From: Candidatus Zhuqueibacterota bacterium
Lineage (GTDB): Bacteria > Zhuqueibacterota > Zhuqueibacteria > Thermofontimicrobiales > Thermofontimicrobiaceae
Length of the DNA: 64,000 bases
Assembly (NCBI GenBank): GCA_049322915.1
Contig: JBMOPW010000034.1
Location: forward strand, 188,858 to 252,857
Reading direction: 5' to 3'
Part shown: piece by piece, positions 34,552-44,592 of the stretch
Layout: each line of letters begins with the position of its first letter
Position numbering within the stretch: position 1 is the stretch's first letter
Program-made: the position numbers and the translations under genes
Notes under the pieces: generated by a model
Seen by the model: the letters and a program-made list of their open reading frames with translations, nothing else
The model's database searches: none
Told to the model about the DNA's origin: nothing

Positions 34552-35475
34552 TCAAATCGTATCAGTGATAATGACCGTCTTCCTTTTTTCAGTTTTAATT
34601 TCAGGGATTGTTTTAGGGCTTTTCTGATTCAACTCTTTATGGAATTTCTGAATTGCATCATGGTACGGTTCGAGTTTAATCTTGTCGATGAGGTTGTGCT
34701 TGCTCATATCGAAATATCTCATCGTCTCCTTCTTTTCGAGCGTCACTTTGACTTCCATGTTCGCTTTGTTTCTAAGAATAACCAGTTTCACCTCATCTCC
34801 GTCTTCAAATTCCCTCAGGATATCGCGGACATCTTCCTGGGATGTAACCTCTTCCCCATCGACTTTCAAAATCACATCGCCGGATTTCAAATTGGCCTTC
34901 TCCGCCGGGCTAGCTTCCTCAACGGAAAGGATGAGCGCCCCTTCCCCTTCTTTGGCGTTGAAGTATGACGCCAGGCCTTCCGTCATCCCGAACAAACTCA
35001 CGCCCAAATAACCGCCGCCGCCTTCGTAAATGCTGAACAGGTTTGGACCATCACTATTGAAAACGCGGAAGCTGCTCATATTTTTCATGCTGCCAATTTT
35101 AACGTTTATCGATTTCAGACTGCCATCCCGGATCACCTGAATTTTCGCTTCGTTGCCGGGTTTTATTTTCTTGATAGTCCTCGTTAATGTACTTGACCGA
35201 CGAATTTTAACATCATCGACGTATTGAATGACATCTTCCTCCATCAATCCATATTCATCTGCCGGGCTTTCTTCGCTGATGCTGGTGATGAACACTCCGA
35301 ATTCCGCTTTGAATTCTTTCTTCATGGAACGCGACAATTCTTCCACGGTGACGCCTAAAAATCCGGTCTTTTTCGGCTCTTTATCGGAAGCAAACGCGGA
35401 CATCTGGCTGGCAACCAATAGCGCCACTAATGCGACCATCGCAATGAAAATTGATTTTAAAATTATTTTGTTCAT
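34552..35475 (-). CDS. Secreted protein with two PDZ domains and no protease domain
   Basis: ORF 34552..35529. M19 (MNKIILKSIFIAMVALVALLVAS) is preceded by AAGGAGG at -7, so I place the start at ~35475. The two PDZ-like segments are GFLGVTVEEL...ISEESPADEYGL..DVI and GYLGVSLFGM...VEEASPAEKANLKSGDVILKVDG. Confidence 0.7.
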   Translation of the reverse strand: MNKIILKSIFIAMVALVALLVASQMSAFASDKEPKKTGFLGVTVEELSRSMKKEFKAEFGVFITSISEESPADEYGLMEEDVIQYVDDVKIRRSSTLTRTIKKIKPGNEAKIQVIRDGSLKSINVKIGSMKNMSSFRVFNSDGPNLFSIYEGGGGYLGVSLFGMTEGLASYFNAKEGEGALILSVEEASPAEKANLKSGDVILKVDGEEVTSQEDVRDILREFEDGDEVKLVILRNKANMEVKVTLEKKETMRYFDMSKHNLIDKIKLEPYHDAIQKFHKELNQKSPKTIPEIKTEKRKTVIITDTI

Positions 35476-35699
35476 GGCATACCTCCTTGACTGTTCTGAT
35501 TGGTGATACTCTCTTTTATTTTGATTCACGGCCGTTTTCTAATGTTAGGACGAACTGGCTGTCGAAAAAGTTTTAGCGGTCTGAAAATTTCTCCGCATTC
35601 ACCCCCAATTTTGAAATTGCATTTCGAAAAAAGAATTCGTATATTCTGCACCTGATAGATTTTTTAAACACAATGACATGATCGCGCTGGAAATTTATC

Positions 35700-35715
35700 T
35701 GGCGCAATTAATGTA
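35700..35715 (+). promoter_or_regulatory. Weak sigma-54 promoter candidate upstream of the DUF456-HK-NtrC operon
   Basis: TGGCGC-AATTA-ATGT. GG and the -12 G have correct spacing, but the -12 element is degenerate. It is 92 nt upstream of 35807. Confidence 0.25.
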
Positions 35716-35806
35716 AAGTAACGTATGTTCCCGAATCAGTGCATCGTTCGGGATCGAAACCCGGAACAACTGGTGTGAACCCAGTAACATTCTGGCCAAT
35801 CAGGGA

Positions 35807-36298
35807 ATGACCATGCTTCTGATCACTGTCGGCATCATCGGCACAATTCTCATCGTGTTAGGACTCATCGGCTGCCTTGTCCCGGCGCTGCCCGGCCCAC
35901 CTCTCAGCTATGCCGCGCTGCTGATTCTGGCGCTGGTTCAGAAATTCCAGCCGCCGCTCACCGGCGCCTTGATGCTCGTGATGCTGGGCGTGATGATCGT
36001 TATGGCGGTATTGGATTATTTCATTCCCGCGCTGGGCGCCAAAATGTACGGGTCATCGAAATGGGGCGTCTGGGGCGCGATGCTGGGGATGTTGTTCGGC
36101 GCTATTTCCTTTCCTCCGCTGGGATTGCTGGTCGGCGCGTTCGTCGGCGCCATCGTCGCTGAACTGGCAGCGGGCAAACCCGGCAAAGACGCGCTGCGCG
36201 CTGGCTGGGGTGTCTTTCTGGGGACCATGGCCGGATCTCTGCTGAAGCTGATTGTCACCGGCCTGATGGCCTATTATTTTTACGCTGCGCTATTTTAA
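35807..36298 (+). CDS. DUF456-family small membrane protein
   Basis: 163 aa, 4 TM. LIGCLVPALPGPPLSYAALLIL and a Gly-rich C-terminal half are as in DUF456. Confidence 0.6.
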   Translation: MTMLLITVGIIGTILIVLGLIGCLVPALPGPPLSYAALLILALVQKFQPPLTGALMLVMLGVMIVMAVLDYFIPALGAKMYGSSKWGVWGAMLGMLFGAISFPPLGLLVGAFVGAIVAELAAGKPGKDALRAGWGVFLGTMAGSLLKLIVTGLMAYYFYAALF

Positions 36299-36310
36299 TC
36301 CGGAGCAGGC

Positions 36311-38191
36311 ATGAAAAAACTATTGGCAGAAATTTTCAGCGAACACGAGGCAACCATTCGTGAGCAATGGGCGTTTCAGCTCAGCAAGAAGTATGAAAAA
36401 GTCGACGCAGGCTACAATCACGTCCTGTTCGAACTTCTGAAAGAAATCTTTGACCTGCCCGATTCGGAAGAGCCGCTTCGCCACGCCGAAACATTTTTAT
36501 CGCCCATCGACCCACTCGATGAAGGTGAAATCTCCAGCTTTTTGGAGGACCTGATCATCGGCAAAGTGATATTTTTCAATTCGCTCAAACTGACGACGCT
36601 GCCGTTGGCTGTGCTGGAAGCGCAGATGCGATTTTCGAACCAGTTCGACATGTTCCTGTTTCAACTCTGGAACCGGTTGCACAACAGACAAGCAGAGCAG
36701 TTGAGCCGCAAGCGAATCATCTTTGAACAGGCTGCCGACTTTCTGAAAACCACCATCAATTTCACGGACATCGGGTTGTTCATTCTGGATACCGCGCTCA
36801 GGATCGTCTACTGGGGCGATGGCATGAAACGCCTCTACAATATCGAGGAATCCGAGGTGCTGGAACATTTTGTCCTTGAAAAATTCCCTTCGCTGGAAAA
36901 AGAGGGCGTGCATAAAAAATTCATCGATGCGATTGAGAAGAACAAATCCAGCGATCTCACCGGCATCCCCCACAAAACGTGGCGCAAAGGCAAGCGCCTT
37001 ATCGATTTCAAAATTTCACCGCTTCGGGATTCTAATGACCGAACCATCGGCGTCAATGTGCTGGTTCATGATGTGACCCAGCGCGAAAAAGAGAAGAAGG
37101 CGCTGATTCAGTACGAGCAATTCATCTCCAATATTCTCAAAGACGCGGCCGAGGCCATTTTCGTCCTGGATAAAAATGACTGCGTCACCCTGTGGAACAA
37201 GCAAGCAGCGAAAATGTACGGCTACAATTCCGAAGAGATAATCGGGAAACCCATCTCCCTCATCGTGCCCAACGATGAAAAATCCCAGCAGGAGATTGAA
37301 CGGATCAACAAGCTGGTGAAGGAGAAAGGATTTGTCCGCGACTTCGAGACGGAGCGCGTCACCCGCGATGGCCGAAAAATGCTGCTCCAAATCACCCGGA
37401 CAGCCATCAGAAATGAAAAGGGAGAATATCTGGGCAGTTCGGTCATTGCGCGGGACATCACCGAGACCCGACGGCTGGAGCAGCAGCTCATTCAATCAGA
37501 AAAATTATCTGCCGTGGGGCAACTGGCTGCCGGCATCGCCCACGAAGTTGGGTCTCCGCTCACGGCTATTTCATCGCTGGCGCAATTGCTCTACGAGCAA
37601 AGCAGCGACGAATCGAATCGGGATAAACTGAAATTAATCAGGGAACAGATCGACCGCATCGCCCGAATTGTCCGCGAGTTGGTGAATTTCTCCAAACCAA
37701 TCACCACCACGGTGGGCAATGTCTCTGTGAATGCGGTGATTGAAGAGGCCGTTCGAATTGTGAAATACGACAAGCGGTTGAAATACATCAAAACGGCGAC
37801 AGAGCTGTTTCCGGCTCTGCCCTCGATCAAAATTTCGTTCGATCAACTGCTGCAGGTGCTGGTGAATATTTTGCTCAACGCCGGTGACGCGCTGGAGGGC
37901 AAGAAAAATGGCACCATCACCATCAACAGCCGGCTGGTGGGTGAAAAAATTATCATCACCATCATGGATAACGGCATTGGTATCGAGCCGGAAAATCTGG
38001 ATAAAATATTTGAACCATTTTTTACGACCAAAAAGCCCGGCAAAGGCACGGGACTGGGACTCTGGGTGTGCTACAATATCGTGAAAGGATTTTCCGGGGA
38101 TTTGCTGGTTGAAAGCGAACAGGGAAAAGGCACTGCCTTTCATGTTGTATTGCCGATTTTAACCAATCTGGACGAGAAGACCGATGAATGA
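36311..38191 (+). CDS. Cytoplasmic PAS-domain sensor histidine kinase (NtrB-like)
   Basis: 626 aa with two PAS segments, H-box [17 protein letters not shown] box LLNAGDAL, and G boxes MDNGIGI and [15 protein letters not shown]. Confidence 0.9.
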   Translation: MKKLLAEIFSEHEATIREQWAFQLSKKYEKVDAGYNHVLFELLKEIFDLPDSEEPLRHAETFLSPIDPLDEGEISSFLEDLIIGKVIFFNSLKLTTLPLAVLEAQMRFSNQFDMFLFQLWNRLHNRQAEQLSRKRIIFEQAADFLKTTINFTDIGLFILDTALRIVYWGDGMKRLYNIEESEVLEHFVLEKFPSLEKEGVHKKFIDAIEKNKSSDLTGIPHKTWRKGKRLIDFKISPLRDSNDRTIGVNVLVHDVTQREKEKKALIQYEQFISNILKDAAEAIFVLDKNDCVTLWNKQAAKMYGYNSEEIIGKPISLIVPNDEKSQQEIERINKLVKEKGFVRDFETERVTRDGRKMLLQITRTAIRNEKGEYLGSSVIARDITETRRLEQQLIQSEKLSAVGQLAAGIAHEVGSPLTAISSLAQLLYEQSSDESNRDKLKLIREQIDRIARIVRELVNFSKPITTTVGNVSVNAVIEEAVRIVKYDKRLKYIKTATELFPALPSIKISFDQLLQVLVNILLNAGDALEGKKNGTITINSRLVGEKIIITIMDNGIGIEPENLDKIFEPFFTTKKPGKGTGLGLWVCYNIVKGFSGDLLVESEQGKGTAFHVVLPILTNLDEKTDE

Positions 38192-39536
38192 AAAACTGCT
38201 CATTGTGGACGATGATGAAATCCTCCGCGAATCTCTGACTGCCGTGCTGGAGAACCGCGGTTTTCGGGTCTCTCAGGCGCACGATGGCCAGCAGGGACTT
38301 GATCTGATTTCGCACAACGAATTCGACCTCGTCATTTCCGACATTGCCATGCCCAGGATGGACGGCATCGAGCTGATGGAAAAAGCGACTCAACTGAATC
38401 CGCGCATTCCATTTATCATCATCACCGCGCACGCCTCCATCGAGACAGCCATTTCTGCGCTGCGAAAGGGCGCGTTCGACTACCTGATCAAACCCATCAA
38501 TTTCGAGGATGTCTATCTCAAGATCGATAAATTGCTGAAGCATCGGGAGATCGTGTTCGAGAACCAGGTGCTGCGGACTGAACTGAACAATCAGTATAAT
38601 TTCAACAACATCGTCGGCAAGAGCGCGGTCATTCAGCAGGTGTTTCAAACAATTCGCCAGGTTTCCCAGACCGATAGCAACGTGCTGATCACCGGCAGAA
38701 GCGGAACAGGCAAAGAACTTGTCGCCCGGGCCATTCATTTCAACAGCCCGCGAACCAAGGGCCGATTCGTCCCCATCAACTGCGCCGCAATCTCAGAGAC
38801 GCTCTTCGAGAGCGAGCTTTTCGGCCACCGCAGAGGCGCATTCACAGGCGCGGTCTCGGACAAGGAAGGTATTTTCAAAGTTGCCGGCAAAGGCAGCCTG
38901 TTCCTGGATGAGATCAGCGAAATACCGATCAACATCCAGGCCAAGCTGCTTCGGGCCATTGAGATGAAGGAGGTGATTCCTGTGGGCGGCGTGACCCCGG
39001 AAAAAGTGGACATGCGAATCATTGCCGCTTCCAATCGCGACCTGGCTGAAGAAGTGAAAAAGGGTACGTTTCGGGAAGATTTATTTTACCGGCTGAATAT
39101 CATCCATATCAAGCTCCCTTCGCTGTCCGAACGCCCGGAAGACATACCGCTGCTGGTCAACCATTTCATTCAAAATTTTCGCGGACAGATGAACCGACAG
39201 GTCAAAAATGTGGATTATCAGGTCATGCAAATTCTCATGGCCCGACAATGGCAGGGCGAAATTCGGGAATTGCAGAATGTCATCGAGCGCGCCATGATTT
39301 TCTGCCAGGGCGAAACCATCACCCTGAACGACCTGCCGCAGGATTTTCTGCCGGCTGGCCAGACGCCCCGGCCGGTATCCGGCGGACTGACTTTGAAACA
39401 GGCCGTCGAGGCATTCGAGAAAAATTATATCGCTCAGGAATTATCGCGCAATCAATTTCATCGCGGCAAAACCGCCAGGGCGCTGGGCATTGGTGAAGCC
39501 ACGCTGTATCGGAAATTGGGCGATTCGAACCGCTGA
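38184..39536 (+). CDS. Sigma-54-dependent response regulator (NtrC family)
   Basis: 450 aa with LLIVDDDEILR...LVISDIAMPRMDG, GRSGTGKELVARAIH, RRGAFTGA, and a C-terminal HTH KTARALGIGEATLYRKL. There is an 8-nt overlap with the kinase gene. Confidence 0.93.
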   Translation: MNEKLLIVDDDEILRESLTAVLENRGFRVSQAHDGQQGLDLISHNEFDLVISDIAMPRMDGIELMEKATQLNPRIPFIIITAHASIETAISALRKGAFDYLIKPINFEDVYLKIDKLLKHREIVFENQVLRTELNNQYNFNNIVGKSAVIQQVFQTIRQVSQTDSNVLITGRSGTGKELVARAIHFNSPRTKGRFVPINCAAISETLFESELFGHRRGAFTGAVSDKEGIFKVAGKGSLFLDEISEIPINIQAKLLRAIEMKEVIPVGGVTPEKVDMRIIAASNRDLAEEVKKGTFREDLFYRLNIIHIKLPSLSERPEDIPLLVNHFIQNFRGQMNRQVKNVDYQVMQILMARQWQGEIRELQNVIERAMIFCQGETITLNDLPQDFLPAGQTPRPVSGGLTLKQAVEAFEKNYIAQELSRNQFHRGKTARALGIGEATLYRKLGDSNR

Positions 39537-39578
39537 GGTGTGCTGCATCCATCACACCGAAATCGACCGTTCATGAAA

Positions 39579-39594
39579 TGGCTGGTCTGATGCG
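39579..39594 (+). promoter_or_regulatory. Sigma-54 promoter candidate for the metal-binding SBP gene
   Basis: TGGCTG-GTCTG-ATGCG has GG-N10-GC spacing as in TGGCAC-N5-TTGC. It is 54 nt upstream of the ATG at 39648 and directly downstream of the NtrC gene. Confidence 0.35.
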
Positions 39595-39647
39595 CTCGTC
39601 GCAATTCACTCATCTTTATTACTCTATTGAAGTAGCAGGCTGGAATT

Positions 39648-40571
39648 ATGAAAAATCAAATTGCACTTCCCATCGCGTTGCTTCTGTCGCTCCTGTTTTC
39701 CTGCTCAAAAAACGAGACGTCCCGGGAGACGGATCTTCGATTGAATATCGTCGCCACCACCGGCATGATCGCCGATATGGTGAAAAATATCGGCGGTGAG
39801 GCGGTGAACGTGACTCAACTGATGGGGCCGGGAGTCGATCCCCATCTTTTCAAAGCTTCGCAGCGGGATATGGTGAAGCTGGCCAACGCGGATCTGATTT
39901 TTTACAACGGCCTGCACCTGGAAGGCAAGATGACTGATATTCTGAAAAAAATCAACAAGTGGAAGAAGACAATTCCGGTGTCCGACGGAGTGAATCCGGA
40001 CCGGCTCAAACGGCCGCCCGAATTCGAAGGGCAATACGATCCCCATATCTGGTTCGATGTGGCGCTGTGGGCAGACGCCGCCCGTTTTGTCCAGCGCGCG
40101 CTCACTGAATTTGATGCGCGCCATGATTCCGTGTATCAGGCCAATGGCGACGCCTATATTCACCAGTTGACTGAACTGCACGACTGGACGCTGGAGCAGA
40201 TTCATTCCATCCCGGAAAATCAACGCGTCCTTGTGACGGCGCACGATGCGTTCGGCTATTTCGGAATCGCCTACGGCATCGGCGTGACCGGATTGCAGGG
40301 CATCTCCACTGTGGCGGAATACGGCGTCAATGATGTCACGCGGATGGTGGATTTCATTGTTGAAAAAAAACTGCCTGCCATTTTTGTCGAATCGAGCATC
40401 CCGGCCCGATCCATTGAAGCCATCATCGCCGGGTGCAGGGCCAAAGGCGCTCACGTCAAAATCGGCGGCACACTCTACTCCGACGCCATGGGTGGTCCGG
40501 GCAGCGACGCGGATACCTACTTCGGCATGGTGAAATTCAACGTCAATACCATCGTCGCCGCCCTGAAATGA
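39648..40571 (+). CDS. Metal (Mn/Zn/Fe) ABC-transporter substrate-binding lipoprotein, TroA/ZnuA/MntC family; orphan
   Basis: 307 aa with lipobox LLFSC. IVATTGMIADMVKNIGG...GPGVDPHLFKASQRD...DPHIWFDV...VTAHDAFGYF is typical of cluster A-I SBPs. No permease or ATPase gene is adjacent. Confidence 0.8.
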   Translation: MKNQIALPIALLLSLLFSCSKNETSRETDLRLNIVATTGMIADMVKNIGGEAVNVTQLMGPGVDPHLFKASQRDMVKLANADLIFYNGLHLEGKMTDILKKINKWKKTIPVSDGVNPDRLKRPPEFEGQYDPHIWFDVALWADAARFVQRALTEFDARHDSVYQANGDAYIHQLTELHDWTLEQIHSIPENQRVLVTAHDAFGYFGIAYGIGVTGLQGISTVAEYGVNDVTRMVDFIVEKKLPAIFVESSIPARSIEAIIAGCRAKGAHVKIGGTLYSDAMGGPGSDADTYFGMVKFNVNTIVAALK

Positions 40572-40788
40572 ACCGAAACCAGTCTGAGTTGGGTGCGACT
40601 GTCCCCGGTTCGGAAGACTGTTTTGTCATGTAAAAATAGAATCAGACCGCTTTCTCCCTCCTGCATTGCAGAGCTTGCCGAATAAAATTCACATCCTGCC
40701 GTTTAAGATTTTGATGTAGCATGTCGATACAAATATCGCTCAATTCCCGTAACTATCAGAGAGCCGTTTCTCTCAAAATTTTATCGAC

Positions 40789-41439
40789 ATGGAGTACACC
40801 ATGAGACGACTTGCATTCATACCAATCGCGATGATGGTGCTGGCATCGTCTTCGCCGGCGCAGTGGTCAAGAAGCGCGATGACCGTTAAATTCGGCAATT
40901 TCAGTCCCAAAGACATTGGCCCCAGCTATGTGATCAGCGCAAATTTCATGTTTCATCTGTCGCTGTCCGATGAACTGGGCTTTGGTGTGGATTACTACGG
41001 CAAGCATGAAAAGGACATCATCACGCTGAAGGACAAATACCTGGTGGGGCCCATCCTCGAAAAAGAAGTCCAGACAATCGCCAGGACAAATGTCCACCTC
41101 ATCCCGGTGTATGCGCAGTATCTGTTTCGCATGCCAATCTCGCCCCGGAATACGGCATGCATCACAGGAACCGCCGGGTACAATTTTCTGATCAGCAAAT
41201 TTACCGACTATTACGACGAGAGCAAATCCATTATGAACCAGTACCAGGGGTTCCGATGGACGGTTGGCCTGGGCATCCTGTACCGATTGAATCACCACAT
41301 GCAGATTGCGTGTGATGCGGCCTACAATTATTCAAAAGTGAGTCGGGATATTTCAGCAACGGGCAGCGCACCCACAGAGGCAGTGGTGGATATTTCCGGG
41401 TTTTCCTTTTTGATCGGATTGCGACGCAGTCTTTTCTGA
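40789..41439 (+). CDS. Small outer-membrane beta-barrel protein (OmpW/OmpA-barrel-like)
   Basis: 216 aa. Signal peptide MRRLAFIPIAMMVLASSSPAQ, alternating hydrophobic strands, and a terminal aromatic residue (...LIGLRRSLF). Confidence 0.55.
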   Translation: MEYTMRRLAFIPIAMMVLASSSPAQWSRSAMTVKFGNFSPKDIGPSYVISANFMFHLSLSDELGFGVDYYGKHEKDIITLKDKYLVGPILEKEVQTIARTNVHLIPVYAQYLFRMPISPRNTACITGTAGYNFLISKFTDYYDESKSIMNQYQGFRWTVGLGILYRLNHHMQIACDAAYNYSKVSRDISATGSAPTEAVVDISGFSFLIGLRRSLF

Positions 41440-41682
41440 TCCCAATTTTCACTCACCCTGCTTCCGCAATCTCAACGCCTGTCTCTCTTTTCCGACTCAA
41501 TTCCGAGGGCGGTGAATTGAAACCGATTTTGCGCGCGACCGTTGCTTCGCCCCGGCTCTTTTTACTTTTCACAGTAAATAACTGTTGATTTTCATCTCCC
41601 GATTTCTTATATTTGCCGCCGAATAAATTACGTTGAATAACTCTCACATGGAGGGGTAATTCCCTGACATTCAGGAGGAACA

Positions 41683-41958
41683 ATGGAACCGCAAATAGCC
41701 AACCGAAGAATTGGCGTTGTCGCCATTATCGTTTACCAACCGGATGATGTATATAACCGGCTCAATGACATCCTTCATGAATTCTCTTCGATCATCATCG
41801 GAAGATTAGGCCTGCCCTACAGGGAGCGTCGCCTCTCAATCATCTCTCTCATCGTTGATGGCAGCACCGACGAAATCGGCGCCATGACCGGCAAAATCGG
41901 TCAGTTGCCTTTTGTCAGTGTGAAAGCGTCTTTTGCAAAGCAGCATTACGAGGGATGA
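41683..41958 (+). CDS. TM1266-like putative iron-only hydrogenase system regulator (small ACT-like protein)
   Basis: 91 aa. IGVVAIIVYQPDDVYNRLNDILHEFSSIIIGRLGLPYRERRLSIISLIVDGSTDEIGAMTGKIGQLPFVSVKA follows the pattern I recall for the TM1266 family (V..IV......N.LLH.FS..I..R.G.P........I.L.V.....IGAL.GK.GQ...V.VK). A strong AGGAGG SD motif is present. Confidence 0.6.
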   Translation: MEPQIANRRIGVVAIIVYQPDDVYNRLNDILHEFSSIIIGRLGLPYRERRLSIISLIVDGSTDEIGAMTGKIGQLPFVSVKASFAKQHYEG

Positions 41959-42047
41959 AACGGCTTTCTCCCGAAATGAATGCGATGAAATATTTAATTG
42001 CCTTCACGGCATTGAACGAGGAGATATTTTTACGGAGGATAGGTGCA

Positions 42048-44123
42048 ATGAAACTGAGAATTGGTACATGGCTCGTTGGTTTTCTTTTATTCGTAGGCGT
42101 CAATGGCTTCGGCCAGGAAGCGGACGTCTCATCCGACAGCGTGCGGTATCGGCTGAACCAGGTTGTCGTGACCGCCAATCGCTACGAGAAAGAAGCGTTT
42201 GAAACCCATATTCCTGTCACCACGATTCAACCGCATGAAGTCTGGCAATCCGGGCTGGACAATGTCGGTGAAATTTTGCAGCAAACGCCGGGCGTGGATT
42301 TCTCCAGCGCCGGTCCGTGGAGCCAGAAATTGGTGATCCGGGGATTGGTCAGTCCTCAGGTACTCACGTTAATCGACGGCATGCGGCTGGATATTTTACG
42401 CGGCTACGGCAATCACGCGCCGCTCATCGACGTCAATCAGGTGGAGCGCATCGAGGTAATTCGCGGGCCGGCGTCGACACTGTACGGCTCCGAAGCCATT
42501 GCCGGCGTTGTGAATTACATCACCCGACAACCGAGTTTCAATTCAACTCAGCGAGCATTTCACGGCAATGCCGGGCTTCACTATTCGAGCGTCAATAATC
42601 AGAGCACGGAGCACGCGCTCGTGACCAGCAATCACGCTCGTTGGTCTCTGCTCGTCGGCGTTTCCAACCGTAAGGCTGACGATATCCGCACACCCACGGG
42701 GACGCTCATCAATACAGCCTTCAACGGCTACACGCTCAACACCAAAATCGGCGCACGTCTTTCCGAGAACCATTCCGTGACTTTGTCCGGCCAGAGCAAC
42801 CGAATGAAGGACGTTGGCGTGCCCACGAATCCCTATTCCATTCGCGCCAAATTTCTGAAGTACAATCACGATGTCATTTCCTTGAATTATGCCTATCAAG
42901 CGAAGCAAAGAACCTGGACCGATTCGAAGCTGACGCTCTATTATCAGCAGGGTGAGCGGAACTTCGAAACATACATTTTTCAAAAGCCCAACGGCGCGCT
43001 GTTCGTGAATCAATTATTGAATGCCAATCGCCAGGTCAATTCCTTTGGCTCGAATTTTCAGAATTCTTTTTCGCTGATTCCAGGCAATGTCCTGGTTGCC
43101 GGCATCGACCTCTATTCCGAATTTGATGAAACCGATCGCATCGCCGATGCGGTCATCAACAACGCGGCAGGCGTCATTGTTAAAGATCCGCCGGCAGATC
43201 TCACGCCGCCGTCGCCGAAAGCCGAACGCAAGAGTCTGGGCGTGTACATCGAAGATGAACATACAGTGGCCACGCGGCTCACTATCACAGCCGGCGCCCG
43301 ATTCGATTACATGATCAGTCACGCGGACGGCACCCCGGCAACGCTCGCCGCGCAAAATATCGACAAGATGGATCAGGATTTCAGCGGCAATCTGGGCGCG
43401 CTGTATCGATTGACGCCGCGGCTGCATCTGATGGCCAATATCGGTCGCGCGTTCAAGGCGCCGACGCTGCAGGAGCGACTTTTCGCCGGCACGGCCCAGG
43501 TCGGCTATCTCTACGGCAATCCTGCGTTGAATTCGGAAAGAAGCCTGAATATGGATGGCGGATTCAAATGGCAGACAGTCAATTTCTCGGGCGAGTTCAA
43601 TCTATTCCATAACCGAATCACTGACTTCATCGTGATGAAACCCATCAGTGCGGCTGCGGACACTTTTCTGTACGACAATGTCGGCAAAGCAGCTCTGTTC
43701 GGGGGCGAGCTGCAAATTCGCTACAACTTAACGCGTCGGATATCACTGCTGGTGAGTTCCTCCTACACCCGGGGCGAGGATGAAACCAGCGGCGACGCCC
43801 TGCCAAAAGTGCCGCCGTTTCAGGGAATCGTGGGACTTCGGTTTGATGGAACCGGTCGCGCTTACTGGATCGAATTCAATGGGCGATTTGTCGCAGCGCA
43901 GGACCGTGTCGCGGATGATGAACCGGCGACGGATGGGTATAATCTGTTCAATTTCAGTTCCGGAATCAATGTGCAATCGGTCATTCGTTCTTCGTTTCCG
44001 CTGTACGTGACATTTCACGTCAGAAATTTATTTGACAAAAGCTATCGGGATCATCTGTCGTACGTGACGTGGTGGGACGCGCCAGGCCGGAATATCAGTA
44101 TCGGATTGAACAGCAGTTTTTGA
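42048..44123 (+). CDS. TonB-dependent outer-membrane receptor
   Basis: ORF 41955..44123. The signal peptide starts at M32 (MKLRIGTWLVGFLLFVGVNGFGQ). Plug motifs: VVVTANRYEKEAFE and IEVIRGPASTLYGSEAIAGVVNYIT. C-terminal barrel ends NISIGLNSSF. Confidence 0.9.
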   Translation: MKLRIGTWLVGFLLFVGVNGFGQEADVSSDSVRYRLNQVVVTANRYEKEAFETHIPVTTIQPHEVWQSGLDNVGEILQQTPGVDFSSAGPWSQKLVIRGLVSPQVLTLIDGMRLDILRGYGNHAPLIDVNQVERIEVIRGPASTLYGSEAIAGVVNYITRQPSFNSTQRAFHGNAGLHYSSVNNQSTEHALVTSNHARWSLLVGVSNRKADDIRTPTGTLINTAFNGYTLNTKIGARLSENHSVTLSGQSNRMKDVGVPTNPYSIRAKFLKYNHDVISLNYAYQAKQRTWTDSKLTLYYQQGERNFETYIFQKPNGALFVNQLLNANRQVNSFGSNFQNSFSLIPGNVLVAGIDLYSEFDETDRIADAVINNAAGVIVKDPPADLTPPSPKAERKSLGVYIEDEHTVATRLTITAGARFDYMISHADGTPATLAAQNIDKMDQDFSGNLGALYRLTPRLHLMANIGRAFKAPTLQERLFAGTAQVGYLYGNPALNSERSLNMDGGFKWQTVNFSGEFNLFHNRITDFIVMKPISAAADTFLYDNVGKAALFGGELQIRYNLTRRISLLVSSSYTRGEDETSGDALPKVPPFQGIVGLRFDGTGRAYWIEFNGRFVAAQDRVADDEPATDGYNLFNFSSGINVQSVIRSSFPLYVTFHVRNLFDKSYRDHLSYVTWWDAPGRNISIGLNSSF

Positions 44124-44146
44124 GGCGTACTGAGGTTGAGCAGCAG

Positions 44147-44575
44147 CTAATCCAAACATTGCCGGGATTGGGAGATGCGCGTCTTTCGGGCCTGCAGTCC
44201 ATTGTTGACAACAGCGCGCAATTCATCCGGGGTGAACGGCTTGGCTAAATATTCGAACGCGCCGTTTTTCATGGCGTCTTCAGCGACTTCCTTTGTTGCA
44301 TACCCGGTGATGACAATGGTCACGATGTCCGGATTCATTTTTTGAATCGTCTCCAGCACGTGCATGCCGCTCAACTGGGGCATCATCAAATCGATGAGAA
44401 CGACATCATACGGCTGGTCGTGAAGTTTTGCAATACCTAAAATTCCGTTTTCAACGCAATCGATGTTCACACCTTCCATTTGCAACGCTTTCTTGCAACT
44501 GAGGCGCATCACAGGTTCATCATCGATGACAAGGATGTGAATTTTCTCATTTGAGTTACTCATAATACAGATCAA
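44147..44575 (-). CDS. Single-domain response regulator (CheY-like receiver)
   Basis: 142 aa with KIHILVIDDEPVMR...VVLIDLMMPQLSG...IVITGYAT...AKPFTPDELR. It is a close paralogue of the REC domain of 49320..50810. Confidence 0.88.
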   Translation of the reverse strand: MICIMSNSNEKIHILVIDDEPVMRLSCKKALQMEGVNIDCVENGILGIAKLHDQPYDVVLIDLMMPQLSGMHVLETIQKMNPDIVTIVITGYATKEVAEDAMKNGAFEYLAKPFTPDELRAVVNNGLQARKTRISQSRQCLD

Positions 44576-44592
44576 TACTCAACTTTAATCGT

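Noticed and set aside
41440-41682. Cobalamin-riboswitch-like fragment (GAGGGCGGTGAATTGAAACCG...GCGCGCGACCGTTG) ahead of the regulator and TonB-receptor genes
   Set aside because: There is a GGTGAA..AA.CC resemblance, but I could find neither a B12 box nor the conserved GCCACTG-type core. I judge this too weak without a covariance-model scan. The 76-aa minus-strand ORF at 41453..41683 is also rejected as low-complexity and basic.
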